Part shown: positions 50,836 to 64,000 of the stretch, piece after piece
How positions within the stretch are numbered: the stretch's first letter is position 1
Layout of the letters: each line of letters starts with the position of its first letter
NCBI GenBank assembly: GCA_012026655.1
Contig: JAAILG010000823.1
Span: 1 to 64,000, forward strand
DNA length: 64,000 nt
Source: Hydrolagus affinis
Lineage: Eukaryota
Direction of reading: 5' to 3'
Made by a program: the position numbers and the translations under genes
Notes under the pieces: generated by a model
What the model saw: the letters and a program-made list of their open reading frames with translations, nothing else
Told to the model about the DNA's origin: nothing
Database searches by the model: none

Positions 50836-52274
50836 GCCAGAATGACGGACGTCAGTCACTTCCCTATCCATAGCTTCACTAATAAGTACTAAGGACGTCA
50901 ACAGGACACCAGAATGGGTCAAATGGCACATTGTCAGGTGGGTTGAGCAGCCCCATATACCAACTCTCCTGTGTACAATGTTCTCTTCCGGGGAAATATA
51001 CAGAATCCTTTTTTTTTCTTTTTCATGTCTTAAATGTGCTTTCCTGGTGGCCTAGAAATAAATATTTGAAAATGCAGTACAGTGGCTTTATTGTTCAATT
51101 CGGGACTCCTAGAATGGTGGGAGAGTGTGATCGAGCTGAGCTTCACAACATCACTTTGTTTTTCCTTTACAATTGGGAAGTTTCACTTAAAATAAAAGAT
51201 ACATTGATTTTGCTGTGTTTAATTCTATTTCTCTGCCCATCTTTCCTTTCACAACGTTGAGTGGCAAGGTGGAGTTTGTTCATTTGATGATGGGAAAAAG
51301 AAACCTCAGAGGAGCTAACTGAGTTTGTAGCCAAAGCTAGAGGGTAACTTGGTTTCATATTTTCATGTTTTCACTCCCAACAATTTCTGTAGTTTTCTCG
51401 GCAAACACAATTTTTTTTTAATTCTCCCTTTTCACTCTATTTTTCCATGTCCATCAGTTCCAGTTTGCAGTGCGGTTTAGATTCAGGGCTGGGACACATT
51501 AAATTGTATGGAAGCCGTCAGTTCTCCTGTCACTTTCACGGAGGATTTCATCTGGAACATTGTGAATTAACCCGTAAACTCATAACAGAAACCGGTTTAA
51601 AAAGGAAAGATAGACACATCCAGCTCAGAGCATTGCATTGCTTTTTCTCTCTCTCTCTCTCGAAGAAGAAGAAGAAGAAGAAATCTACAGCATCAGCAAA
51701 AACAGTAGGTATTTATACCAGCATTTGTGAAGGGTGCTAACTGATATGCGATTATGTAATTGTAAATGGTAGAGTGAGTAGCTCAGAGGTTCTCTGTATC
51801 ACTGCATTCAAGCGGGGAAATACTTTACCACGTGTTGTTCAAGTGCACCAAACATAACCTATTGCACAAGGCAACTAACTGTGTGTGGGCTTGAATGCCC
51901 GGATGTCTTCTTAGCCCGTGATAAGCTACAGATGTACGTGGGTGCAGTGTTGGCGATTTCCCTTCCAACCCGTAGGCAGGGACATTGGCCGATTCTTGCA
52001 GGACCAGACAGCCTGGCACAAACCCAAAGTCCAATTTATTAATAATGTGTTTGCTACTGACCACTTCTTCCAATTACTTTAAGACTTTTGAACAATATTG
52101 ACAGATGTAATGCCAAATACCAATCATATTTCATATGTAGTGTGTTTGTTAAATCTGGCCTGATGTGCAATGAGTACGGTAGCATTAGTAAGGAATATAT
52201 TTAGAAAGAGACCTGTGAGAATCCCTGGAATATGTTCCTGGTATGCTTAGCAGCTTCTCTTCTCAGCCTCTTTG

Positions 52275-52630
52275 GTTGCCCATTCCAAATGCGGAACCTC
52301 AATGTTTTGTTCGACCCTCAACTCTCGTTTAAAATTTCCATAAGGGGACTGATTGTCTGCTTTTGTCACCTCTACCAGGTTTTACCACAACCTCACACCC
52401 ACGCAGGTCAAACTCTTATCTACGGCTTTGTCACGTCCGGGTTCAACCTTTCCAATACCCTGCTCAACGGCTTCATTAGCTGCACAACTGCACAAGTTCC
52501 AGACCATCCAGCACTTTTCAGCCCACATCCTTTCCAGCATCAGGTTCCATAAGTTCGCCTCCGTAATTCTTGCCCAATGGCTAGCTAAACCTCAGCGGAT
52601 CAACTTTAAAATACTTGTCCTTAGCTTGTC
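52275..52630 (+). mobile_element. Degenerate L2 ORF2 fragment
   Basis: Remnant peptides RNLNVLFDPQLSF, LIYGFVTS and QWLAKPQRINFKILVL. Confidence 0.7.
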
Positions 52631-54944
52631 TATGTCACTTTGTTTCACAGAGGTGGCACCTCTTCAATCCCCAGCAAATCTACTCCACAGGTAACTCCCT
52701 CCATCTCATCAATTCAGAGCACCTTCCCTCTTCTACGGGCACCCACTCTGTCCTTATAAAGCAAGTCGAGATGTTCTCCCTACATCAATGCAATCAAAAA
52801 TTTACATTTGTACAGCACCTTTTACATCAGAAGGATGTCACAGGCTTCTTGGGCAGTTCAAGCTGGGGTTGGGGGCCAAGGCAGGTTGGGCCAAAAGGGT
52901 GGAGGCAAAATGGCTAAAAGCAAGGTCAAAGAGGAAAGAGCTTGAGATGGACATTGAAGAAGGGAAGGGGAAAATCAAATTGTTGCCAGGTTGGAGTTCC
53001 GGAGGGTGAGGGCAAACACCCTGAAAGCTGCACTGTCAAAAGTGAGGCAGTGAAGTGCCTATCAGCCTCTCAAATGGAAAACATACATGCAGTGTAGGGC
53101 ACAAATAACTTCTTTTTAAAAAAAATCTTCCCAATATGTTAAAGGCAAACTGTCTATCCCCACAGAACTGTGTGCATGGTTCCCTGGCTGCATTGTGTTA
53201 CTGCTGTGTAGAAGGGAAGCTCCTGTTCACTGTGGGAACTGTGACACGTTCTCAAAGTGCCAGGGAGGCACAGCCGTTGTATAGGAAGGAAGCATCCTAT
53301 TCATTCTAATAGCACTCTGAGGTTATTTTATCAGCGAGTGACTCATTTTAACTCGTGCTCCTGAGAAGTTCAACAACGTGCCCTTGAAAAGTAGCAGTTG
53401 CAAGTTTCAAACAAAAAAAAACTGAATCTGTTCATCATGATTCAAGGAACATAGTAGCTCAAGGCAAACAGTCTTCATCTGCACCTAACAAATAATAAAT
53501 CCATGTCAAATCCTAGCATAACTAGTGTGAATAACACAAAAAGATGAACAATTCAAGCAAGAGTCCACAGAGCCTAGAATAGTAACCAGCAACTCAATTG
53601 TCAGCAAAGGATTTGGTCTGACTGGCAACTTGTAGCTAACGGGTAATTAATTTTTTTTTTGTTAAACCCTGTGAAGTGAGTGCTCTTTCTTTAAAAAGAG
53701 CAAATGGGTCCCTCAAATTCTAAGCACAACAGACTGGAGTGCTGGGTCAGGGGGATAGACCAGTAATCCTCATGATGGGTGTGAGAAGAGAAATGATATG
53801 GGATGGTGAGTGGGGGGGATATGAGAGAGAGGGCTTGACTAATCACTTTATCACACGTGGAACATTAGAATTACCTTGGGTGCCTGTTGCACAACATAAA
53901 CTTGGCCTTTGGCCAGAAAAAACAAATCAATTCACAAACAGCACATTTCAGGTCAGAGTAGAATCACTTCCCCAACAGCAGCAAAGGCAGCAGATGTGTT
54001 TAGCTGGGAAGGGGTGGAGGATGAGATGAGCAGTGTTCAAACACATAGAGCAACATGAGGCAACATCCAGCTAACGGGTAATTTTACCTGCTTGACATAC
54101 TCCAAAGCCACAGGCCGTTTCAAACCTCATTGCGAAAGCAGTTAAACCACCCCACTTTGAACCGTTTCATAAATGTGCTTTAATTCTAATAGTTCTACAT
54201 ACCCGTGGGTTGCTTACATTTTTTTTAAATCACCCAATATTACATTTCTAAGCATAAACTGTAAAAACAACCCAAAACAGCAATAGGAAACGCAAAGCAG
54301 TCAAAACGAAATTCAGATTTTTTTTCAACTACTCACACAGAGTAACAGAGTAAGTCACCATGTGACACTCCATCACATAGAACAGAATTTTCCCAGCTTG
54401 AACACTCTGTACAAACCCATGATAAACACATGCTTTGACTCAGTGAAAGAACAGTCCTGCTTTTTAAAACAGGAAGGTTACAATCTAGATTTTTAAAGAG
54501 AACCATTAAAAATAAGCTCTGTGATACTCTTAATTATTGGTGACCCTGTCTACCGAAGTCTTAGTGCTTGTGTTTATTGTGCGGTTTAGAATAAATTCCT
54601 CAGTCTAAATGTACTCCTTCATGTCTTAATGTATGGTTTCCCTTAGTAACAATTTGACTGTGAAACTGACATCAGTCTATTATGGTGCCTGCTGACTTAC
54701 TGTCTGGCAAAGTGCCCAGTAATTATAACCAAACTAAACTTCAGGGAGACTTATTGTAAACTCAGGTGCATAATAGCCCACTATCATGTTCATATAAACA
54801 TCTAGTCATATGTAGTTTAGCAAACTGTCAGCAATAAAATAACACCTGCATTGGGGTTAGGAAGCAGATTGTGTTGGAAATAGCTTTCGACTTAATGCCC
54901 CACATCAAGATTTGAACTCATATAGTCTAGATTAATATGACAAT

Positions 54945-55045
54945 AGTAATCCTTGCATTTAATATAGCGCCCTATCATGACTTCCGAGACGTCTCAAAGC
55001 ACTTCATAGAATATAAAGTGAATTGACTATACTTTGCGGGCAAAA
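54945..55045 (-). mobile_element. Deu SINE 3' fragment
   Basis: Tail match. A second fragment lies at about 55325-55465. Confidence 0.7.
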
Positions 55046-55631
55046 TAAAATGGTTGGTCATTCTCCTTCCCTCCTTACCCCCACCCCACCCCAATCGCTA
55101 CTCTCACTGCGCTCTCCGTATGACTCTCCTTACCATATCCACGACTTCCCTCATTCCCCCCACCACCTCCATCACCTCCCACTACTCTACTTGCACCACC
55201 CCGCCACATTACTCCATTTAACCAGAGTGGGGAGCGAGGCTGAGAATAAATGCCCTGCCATGCAGAGAGTAGTGCCAGCAAGCTGTGGTTGATGATCACT
55301 GATTAGATAAATTTAAGATATAGTAATAATAATAGCCCTTGGATTTTATTTAGGGCCTCATCACATCTCAGAGCTTTGAAGAATATATGTGTATTTTGTG
55401 GGTGAAACACGGCAGCCAATTGTGCATAGCAGCGTCCCACAAACAGTTGTGGACTAAGTGACCAAATTCTTACTGTATTTTAATTTTTTTTAAAACTTTA
55501 ATTACTATGCTCTCCACCTCAATCATTGATCCATCAAGATAGTCCCTGGGGTGATCGGCAGGATGGAGGGGGTGAGAGGATGGAGGTTGCAGTATTTATT
55601 TTACTCATAAAGCAGGTCGATAACGCCCTAC

Positions 55632-56180
55632 TGCAACAACTTGGATTTATATAGCGCCCTCCACACCGGATGGCATCTCAGAGCGCTTCCCAATAACGGA
55701 CCCTGGGACTGACCCGGGGGAGGGGCAAGAAGGTTACCAAAAGCACGGTATTTTGCTGTTGTTGTCGTCAGTTTGGGTGTTTGAGCGGACAAGGATCCTG
55801 GTGAAAGCACGGTCGAAAAGAAAGGTATTTAGCCAAGACCTGAAAGTAGGAAGAGAGGGGAGCGAGGCGAAGGAAGTGAGGAGGGGAGTTCCAGAGCCTC
55901 AGGGCGTAGTGGCTGAAGGCACGCCCGCGGATGGTGGAGCGGAGGATTTGGGGGACAAGGAGGAGGTCAGACCTGGTGGAGCGAAGACAACAGGTACTGT
56001 TGTGAGGAGAGTGGTCAGAGAGGTAGGGGGGTGCAGAGGAGTGAAGGGATTTGAAAACAAGAGTGAGGATCTTGAAATCGATCCTCTCTGGGACAGGGAG
56101 CCAGTGGCAAGCACTAGGGTAAACGGGGAGCGGAGTTTGGTTTGGGTAAGAGTGCGGGCGGCAGAATTCTGGATGACTAG
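55632..56180 (-). mobile_element. L2-clade LINE 3' fragment
   Basis: ORF 55768-56187 HWLPVPERIDFKILTLVFKSLHSSAPPYLSD..LRS..GRAFS..LWNS, followed by 3'UTR and tail. Confidence 0.9.
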
Positions 56181-59100
56181 TTAGCATTCAAAAGTAGATC
56201 AAATAGTTTAGGAGGAAAAAACTTCTGGGGTACGGAGAAAGTAAATTGGATTGAATAGATTGTCCCTAACCCAGCACAGTCACAACGGGCCAAACGGCCT
56301 TCAATGCGGTAAAATCGCACGCTGCTAACAGTGACGTATGCATTCACTGCTTTACGGTACATATTTAATGGAGTGGCTAATTACTCTAGATCGACAGCAT
56401 CTCTGCATCTTCCAAACAATTTCCAGCAGGTAAACAAGAATTTGGCTGTTGGTCATTCACTCATCCATATCAAACCAATCTTACTGACACATAATCAGCA
56501 CAATGGCAATCAGATCGAATCTTTTAGCAGATGATTCTGGTATGTGCAATTGTGGAAAAAACACCCATCACATTAACATAGAGAATTTGATGAAACGACT
56601 TAAAAATATTCTGTCCACTCAACTATGGGTACTGATAAATCTTTACAGGGAACTGATGAAACTGTACAGAGAGTGGAAAACAACTGAAACAGAAAGATTG
56701 AAGTGTGGAGATTGAAATCTTAAGTTTTCAGGTGTGTTGAGTTTTATCTGGTTATGGTCTGCTAGCATTGATAACAGGATGATAAACTGACAAGGCTGCT
56801 GTGAGTGCTCCCTCTCTGAATGGCACTGTTTATCATAAAACCATGCTAAGCTTTTTCGACTGCGTGACAAACATCCTTTCTGCTCAACTGTTACTTTTTT
56901 TTTAAAAAAAGGTCTTTGCACCACAGAGTTAAACTGTCCCAACTGTGGTAACCACTATTATTCTGTTGGCCTGGGAGAAGTGAGCACATAAAAAGGAGTG
57001 CACACTCATCTTCCCTCCCCTTCCCCTCCCCCCTCACATACACACACGCACGCACACACAAAGTGTGCCTGCGTCCCCACACAGGAACCTATACACACAA
57101 ATAGGAATTTCCACAAACACACCACGGCAACAGGATAAGCAATAATTGAAGAAAAATATATTAGCAACAACTGAAGTGAGTGGGATGAGTAAAGATTAAA
57201 CTCGGACCAGGTTTCACAGAGAATGTAAGATCTGGTGAGCAGCATAATTTGAGAACAGACAAACGAACAGCAGCGCCACCGAGAGCCAACATTGCACGGA
57301 TTCAGGCACAGTAGAGGAATTCAGATGTTGGCAGTCAACAGGGGACACCCTAGGAATGACTGAAATGGTGTCAGTTTCACAAAGCTCTTCAGCAGTAAGA
57401 GCATGGAAATGCCTTCGACTCCCCAAAGCATCTTCCTGGAGCAGTAACTTGTTTGGGGAAGCATCAGTTACACTCATCGTGTGTCTTACCCCTGGTGCCC
57501 GTTTTTTAAGGAATGTTTCTCACATTCAACTCTGTCTCGTTTTTAATGTGTTCCCTTGCACCCCACCCAGTTCCTGCTGCTGAATTTGCACATTTTGCCT
57601 TTTCTGTTTTGCATGCTTTTTGAAGCACACATACACACACAGGTACAGTAGGTGGAATTCAAATGGCAGAATTGTTTTTTCAACTTTTTTTTTTACTAAA
57701 CGAGCGGAAAAAGGCCCACTGAATAACTGTTACACCCACAAAGACACCTCTGAAAAACAAACAAGCTGATTTCCAAGCTACCTTCAAATTGAAACCTTTT
57801 ATCAGTTACTTGAAAAATATTTGCCACAAGCCAGCGAAAATGTTTGTACCCAAGTACCCTGAAAACCCACAGAAGGTTTTAACCCTTAGTGTGTTGGTAC
57901 ACCAAAACCACAACCCGAGGCTTCAATTCAAGCAGATGAAAAACACTTTGCAAAAAAGCCTTCCAGTTTGCAAAATAGGATTTTCATTCCTCTCTTTGAG
58001 CAACCCAACCCACCTGGTCAAAATGTTCAAGATAATGCTTAGCAGACACATTTGAACCACAAAGAAGATGCAAAAATATTTTAATTCAGAAATTCAGCTG
58101 TCTTGGGTACAGGCAAGTGAAAAAGTGAGTGAAAGAGAAAGACGCACACACACGCTTCAATACAACACAATATTGAGCTCCTGGACAGAAGACTGATTAT
58201 TGAACTTGACCTGGCTCACTGAATTTGCCCAACAGGCACCATCACACTCCAGTTTCAGAAAGAAAGTGATGACAGGTTTTGAAGGGAAGATGATAAGAGA
58301 TAGATCATGTAATCAGATTGCAGGCATATTCTAACAACAACTTTGCAGATAGACATTACAAAATGTTATCTGATTACTTTCAAATGATAGAGCTACAATT
58401 TGATATTAGTTTAAGATCCGATTTCCAGCTACTAACCTGCATGTCTTGACACATATACAGAGTATCAGGAACCAAATTACTGGAGTCAGAGTCACTCCAC
58501 AGAACACGAACACATAGCTAGCAATACCAGCAACATTTGGAAATAACAAGAATCAAAAGGCTGTTGTCATTTTGTGTTGGGTATTACAGCGCTTTGGGAT
58601 GTCCTCCTGACGTTAAAGGCGCTTTACAAATGTCATTTTGTGGTTGTTGTACAGCGATTGTGGAACTGACTGCTACGATTAGCTCCGTGACTTAAACAGA
58701 TTAACTCCGTGATCTAAACAGTATGTTTCGTATTAAAGGTTTTGAAGGTTTAAAAAAAAACACTACGCACTGATTTTCTTTCACAAATCGGGACAGCTAG
58801 GTTAAAAAAGAACACCTGTGTGTAATTTTAGCTTGGGTGCCTCGCCAGCTGTGTGAAGCACTTTGTAACATCCAGCTGACATGAAAGGTGCTGCAGACAT
58901 ATGAAATGTAAATTGTTGTTGAAAGCATAGGAGCACAAGAATAATAATAAGTGTTTAGTGTAGAAATACATTTCCCCAATGTTTCAAATGAAAGATATCA
59001 TCACAAACTATGCCTATAATAAACTGAATCACAAACGAGTGGGAGGAACAAGGCTGAAAGCTATTTGAGGAAGTTCAGAGAAGTAAAGCCACAGGAATGA

Positions 59101-61281
59101 AACTGGAGTGGTTTATGGTTAGAAAATGCACTTGCTTCAACAAATTACAAATTATTAATTCTCTACAATCCAGCAATGTCGACATTATGGGCTCAATAAA
59201 GTGCAAACCTAATTTGACTGTTTAAAGGAAGGCTGAAATTGCTTCGAAAAGCAAATTTGATGCAACTTCTTGGTTTGGGCTCTTCTGATTAATGTGATCA
59301 TTTAAGAAATAGCTAGCTGCTGTAATGGGAAGATGCTTTGGTAGGCTGGGTGTTACGGAAGAATAAATATTCCTTGCGATTGATATACAACTTTTACATC
59401 ACAGGATTTACTGTAAAGTGGTGAATGAGGCCAATTTTGCAGAGTAATGTTCCACAAATAGCCAATATTTTTTCCACATTGCTGTTGAAATAGCAAAGTG
59501 GTGTGAAATGGGTGTGGGAGGGGTTAATTTCCGCCTGAACCTCTAAGCAAAAAGCACTTAAATTTATGACAATAAGAAAGGCGATGATGTGACTCTAATG
59601 CAATAGTAAGTTTGCATTCAATACAGAATGTTATGCAATAGAACACAAATTCTAAGAGAACGAGGACAAAGATTCAGCCGTTGCTAGTTCATTGTGAGTG
59701 GCAATCACATTAACATATCTGAAAATTGTAACAAGGTCATTAACCTAAGTGAAATTTAGAAATAACACTGCATTTTCAACTAGCAAGTAGTTGATCAATT
59801 CTTGACTCAACAGATTAACGGCCATTCATTCACACCAAATGGAAGATTCCATTTTATTTAGCAAGTCTTATTTTACCGATACCACTAAAATTTGTAAAGA
59901 AACTGAGAAAGGGAAATACTAGAGGTTAAACTGTTGCCAGTTGAAGCATCTGTGCAAAAAAAAGCTTCGATAATCAGCAATGTATCATGAAACAGTTGTG
60001 CTGATATGACTGGACAGCAACCAGTGGTGATGGCTTTGAACTCGAGGTACAGCACCTGCAGTAGTACAGAAATCAGCCAGTTTTCAAAGCTCAACATTTC
60101 TGACACAGCTCATCATTCTTCAGTTCTGTTCCCCTGAGACATGCACCGTTCCCTGGCCAAGTGCTTTAGTGCAGTTCCGATGTAGACTGTTATTTAATAT
60201 CATAGTAACCGATCCAGACAGGAATTAGACCATCAATCTATCTTCTCAACCCAACTTCCCAAAAGCTTGTGTTTTGGAGTTGCAAAATCTTTTGGGAGGA
60301 TGGATGGATAGGGTAGATATCCAGCTAGAGGGTGGTCCTATCTTTGGGGAATTCAGTTTCCAGGTTTGAGGACATGTCCACATTGCTAAGCCTTACTGAT
60401 AAAACTAGACAAGGTGGTCAACCATGCACAGGGTCTCGGATTGCTCGAACAGAGATTTTATTATAATTAATGCAGAATGGATGAAATAATGGGTTCAGTG
60501 CAGCACAGTGGGCCCAGAGTAAGTGTCACACAGTAATGTACCGAACAGGTTCATCTTTAGGCTCAATTTGCAAAAAAAAAAAGTAAAATAAAACTAAGTA
60601 AGTGAACAAGGGGAGACTTCCATCATCTTCCAGCTTAACAGTCATTATTAATAGAATTACATAAAAAAATCAACAATCATATTACAAGCAAATCATATGG
60701 GAAGAAAGCAGGGAGATGGGAGTAAAGTAGATAAAGATTCCTCAGGCTGCTAGCACCAGAACAAACACAAAACAACCTCCTGTGCTCTAACCATTGTATG
60801 ATTCCAGGCATAAAGACAGCTATGAATAATCCAGGACCGTTGGCAGAGTCTGTTTTTTGTTTTCCTAGCTCCAACTGTGGATTCCTAATTTCAGGAGTCA
60901 TGCCTAGAACATTTCTGTGCTTTTTCTCTCTGATATCTCTGCGTTATGTCCCCCTGATGTGAAAAAGGCTATACCAATGTAATTTGTTGTTGTTGTTACA
61001 CATCAATCGGAATGGGAGCTGAAATAGCTGGGGAGCTGATTGCTGGTGAGTGTCTGTGCTGAGCAGGGAGGTGTTGATGCAGCACCTCTTAGCCACATTT
61101 TACACATGAGATGACACTGCTAGTTATCAGTTTCTCATCTGCTGCACAAATCGGTGCACACTGACAGTGAAAGTGCTGTTAGTGAGCTGCCAACTCAGAG
61201 TACATACCGTAGAATTAGATCACAATAGGAGATCCTTTCCCCATTAGTTCCCGAATTCAACAACACCAACTTGCATTTTTC

Positions 61282-61384
61282 TAATAATAATAATCCTTGC
61301 ATTTTATATTGCGACGCAAGACGTCTCAAAGTGCTTCACAGGATATATTGTAAAGTGTATTGACTGTATGTTTTGTGGGCAAAA
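61282..61384 (-). mobile_element. Deu SINE 3' fragment, apparently inserted in an L2-type tail
   Basis: Flanked by CAACTTGCATTT and CATTTATATAGTGC. Confidence 0.65.
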
Positions 61385-61884
61385 CATTTATATAGTGCTC
61401 TTTGCATTGGGTAGAGACATATTCAATGGTTCCGTTGGGTTGGACAGCCCCTGGTGGCAGCACTGATGACATGCTCTGATTGACACCCACGGGTGGGAGA
61501 TAGCAAACAAAAACAAGCCAAATCTTAAAATTTACAGTAGTTTTCCTTCGTCATCAAAACAGGTGAGTCTTTTTCCTTTAACTATTGAAATCCTGCCGTC
61601 GGGGCGCTATGCTTCCGTATCATGCAAGAAATATAACACAGGATGTACACACAAACATATTTCAGCTAAATGCAGCCTGTACCCCACCCATTATCTGTGG
61701 CTACACTTGTCATTACGCTTCCAACCTCAGGAACGTCCCCCCCCACACCCCAACCTCTCCGGTCTCTAATCCCCCACCCCACCCCTTGTATTTTACATCC
61801 CAACTTGAAAGCTACCGCTATGACTGCTGTGACCGAAGTGTGGAGGGAAAGGGGGCGATTTGGGGTGATCAATTCACTACCCAT

Positions 61885-62010
61885 TGAAGAGAAGGGTCTT
61901 GAGGCGGGATTTAAAGAAGGCGGGAGAGGGCAATGCGGAGGTTCTGGGGGATGGAGTTCCGGAGATTGGGGGAACAGTGGCTGAAGGTTCAACTGCCAAT
62001 GACGGGGCAT
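61885..62010 (-). mobile_element. L2 3' fragment
   Basis: GAAGAGAAGGGTCTTGAG..GGAGTTCC..TGGCTGAAGG matches the other L2 copies. Confidence 0.65.
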
Positions 62011-62029
62011 GTGGGTCGGGGGCCATGAA

Positions 62030-62198
62030 GTTAATATCTCATCTGAAGGACGGCAGCTCCAATAAGATCCTCTTTCTCCTCTCAGCACTCCACGGGTGTG
62101 TCATTTTAGACAAAGTGATTCCAAGACCCGACTTGAGGCTTGAACTCACAACCTTCTGACTCGAGGGCAAGAGTGCTACCAAACTGAGCCAGGCTGGC
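62030..62198 (-). mobile_element. Old SacSINE1-like SINE 5' part
   Basis: TCTCATCTGAAGGACGGCAGCTCC..CTTGAACTCACAACCTTCTGACTCGAGGGCAAGAGTGCTACC..ACTGAGCCAGGCTG is the tRNA-like head on the minus strand. Confidence 0.7.
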
Positions 62199-64000
62199 AC
62201 ACTATTAGCGGCCTAGTACATTGACTGGTATGCATAATGCAGCTGGATTAGGAGCTCAATAGACTGAATTGAGCAATATCAAAGAATGGAACTTAAAGGA
62301 CTGCTAAATGCTCATGCGAGCTGTACACTGTGTAATATGCCGAAAGGCAAGTTTAGATTGCAGTTATGCAATAAGAACGGGGTAAGATCTAGGGATAAGA
62401 TGTTTGCATACCAGCTTTCCATCTGTGCTCATTCCTCGTAGAAATGATCAGCTTGAACACACTACTCATGTACCTAAGTCAATATTAGATTTTAAAATCG
62501 TCACTGCCTAGAGCATTCATGCTCACTGAACAGAACTTTCATCCAAGTATTAAAAAAAATGTGCATTACAAGATAATATCTTATAGGTGCAATATTTTTT
62601 CAAACAAACTGGATTTATAAATCCTGGTTAGAAAACCATAGATAAAGCTTTGGTTGAATTCTTGCACTCTACCCTCTTTTGCAAACGGGTAAAAAATAAT
62701 AATCCTTGCTTTTGAAAAATATTTGTGGGAAGGAGAGCAGCGAAAATAAGTACGCTCTGTCTGTTCTCCTCTCCTGTACTTTGATGGGAGTATGGGAGTT
62801 TGATTTACTCCTAAGCAAAATGAAAAAGGTAGATCGAACGAATCTTAAGAAGATCATTTCAATTTGTACATTTTTAAAAAAAAAGTTAAATTAAAAAAAG
62901 TGAAGTGAAAATTAAAACTCACAATTACCAGAAACGAAATGGTGCAATCAGAAATTTGATAAAAATAGAATAAGCCAGTAGTTAGAATAACAGGGAGACT
63001 GTTATCAGGCAAACTGATGTTTCACATCATTATCAGCAAGAAAACTACAATGGTGACCGTTTTGAAGATGTTTCTTCAGATGTTTCTGTACTTATAATGA
63101 TGATGAGCCCGAGAACTCAGAAATTTCTGCCTCTAATTTGTCCCCACCCTTGTTGCACCCAGCTTGTGGGTGGACCACAATACGCTGCTGAACCTAGAAG
63201 CGATTGTTTTTTTAGTGCAAATGTAACCTCAGCTGTGCATTGAAACTGCTGATGCTCTGAACATTATTATTATTATTATTTTTAAAATTTGCTTCTCTCT
63301 CCACTTCTATCCTATGCATCACACCACAAAGTGCCCACGTGTTGTTGTCCATGTTTAGGGAGAATAATGGTCATTGTCATGCAGGGCAGCGAGCGCTCAG
63401 CAGTGTAAAGGTGAAAGACTGGTCAGTGGTGTATGCACTACTACCCAGCTCAGTAGCAAGCGGCAAACCAAAACCACACGGAGGAAAGATTGCTGGCACA
63501 CACAGGAAGTGGATTTGGGTGGGGAGATGCAAATGGTTCCAACTTATCAAAGAACCACTGCACTAATATCTCCTAACCATCAAATTGCAAACACCTTTGC
63601 TGAGAATTTTGGCGAAGAAAGATTAAAAAAAAGAAAATGTGTTATTCGAAGCAAGCTTTTTTAAGCAATAAACAGTTTGCCTGCTGCCCGAGGTGGAGTT
63701 ATTGTCTAAACGCGAATAGATTTTGTTTTGGATTCTCAGGTCCACAGATTCCTCTCTCTGCAACACAGGGGAGGACTTCTGAAACCAACAGACGTTTCAG
63801 ACGCCATACATTCTGTGATGTCAGAAGTGACGCAGCAGAGTAACATAAATCTTTGCACTTTGTGCGCCAATTCTAGCCTCAGAAGAAACCAAATGCTCCC
63901 TGGGTTGGGCTGTGGCAAAAACACATTGGAGGAATATTCACGGTGCCGATTAGCGGTTCATTTCAAGCAGGGTGGGGCAGACTGCATCAATATCCAAACA

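Noticed and set aside
60073-60116. Minus-strand box C (ATGATGA) and box D (CTGA) pair in an intron
   Set aside because: Only 44 nt with a weak terminal stem and no evident guide, too short for a C/D snoRNA.
61445-61459. CTCF-like CAGCCCCTGGTGGCA
   Set aside because: One core position is missing relative to consensus, so it is too weak to call.
63785-63832. Minus-strand CTGA...GAAACGTC resembling a hammerhead
   Set aside because: Lacks the CUGANGA box and a credible stem II.
49189-64000. Further upstream EPS15L1 exons (proline-rich or DPF exons)
   Set aside because: I found no matching peptide with splice sites by eye. They probably lie beyond the window, although a small exon could have been missed.

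Overview
Vertebrate genomic DNA, most likely from a cartilaginous fish (inferred from the SINE, CR1, L2 and Penelope-like repeat content). It contains a complete three-exon KLF2 gene on the + strand (CDS 583-663, 1272-2355, 3264-3439; 446 aa). Converging on it are the last two coding exons of EPS15L1 on the - strand: 48983-49188 (DPF-rich) and 32144-32290 (two-UIM C-terminus). This is the conserved vertebrate KLF2-EPS15L1 tail-to-tail arrangement. The rest is intergenic or intronic DNA dense in tRNA-derived Deu-domain SINEs, L2 and CR1 LINE 3' fragments and microsatellites, with three assembly gaps. I found no convincing wholly new multi-gene system. The most interesting signals are: a read-through stop that would give a UIM-less EPS15L1 isoform; tandemly duplicated splice donors in KLF2 intron 2; a MITE-like insert and miRNA/G4 elements in the KLF2 3'UTR; a near-intact minimal hammerhead ribozyme in a Penelope-like repeat; an inverted 25-bp templated patch at a retro-insertion junction; a perfect 18-bp hairpin; and a strong CTCF site with candidate enhancers. 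Repeat boundaries are approximate (read by eye).
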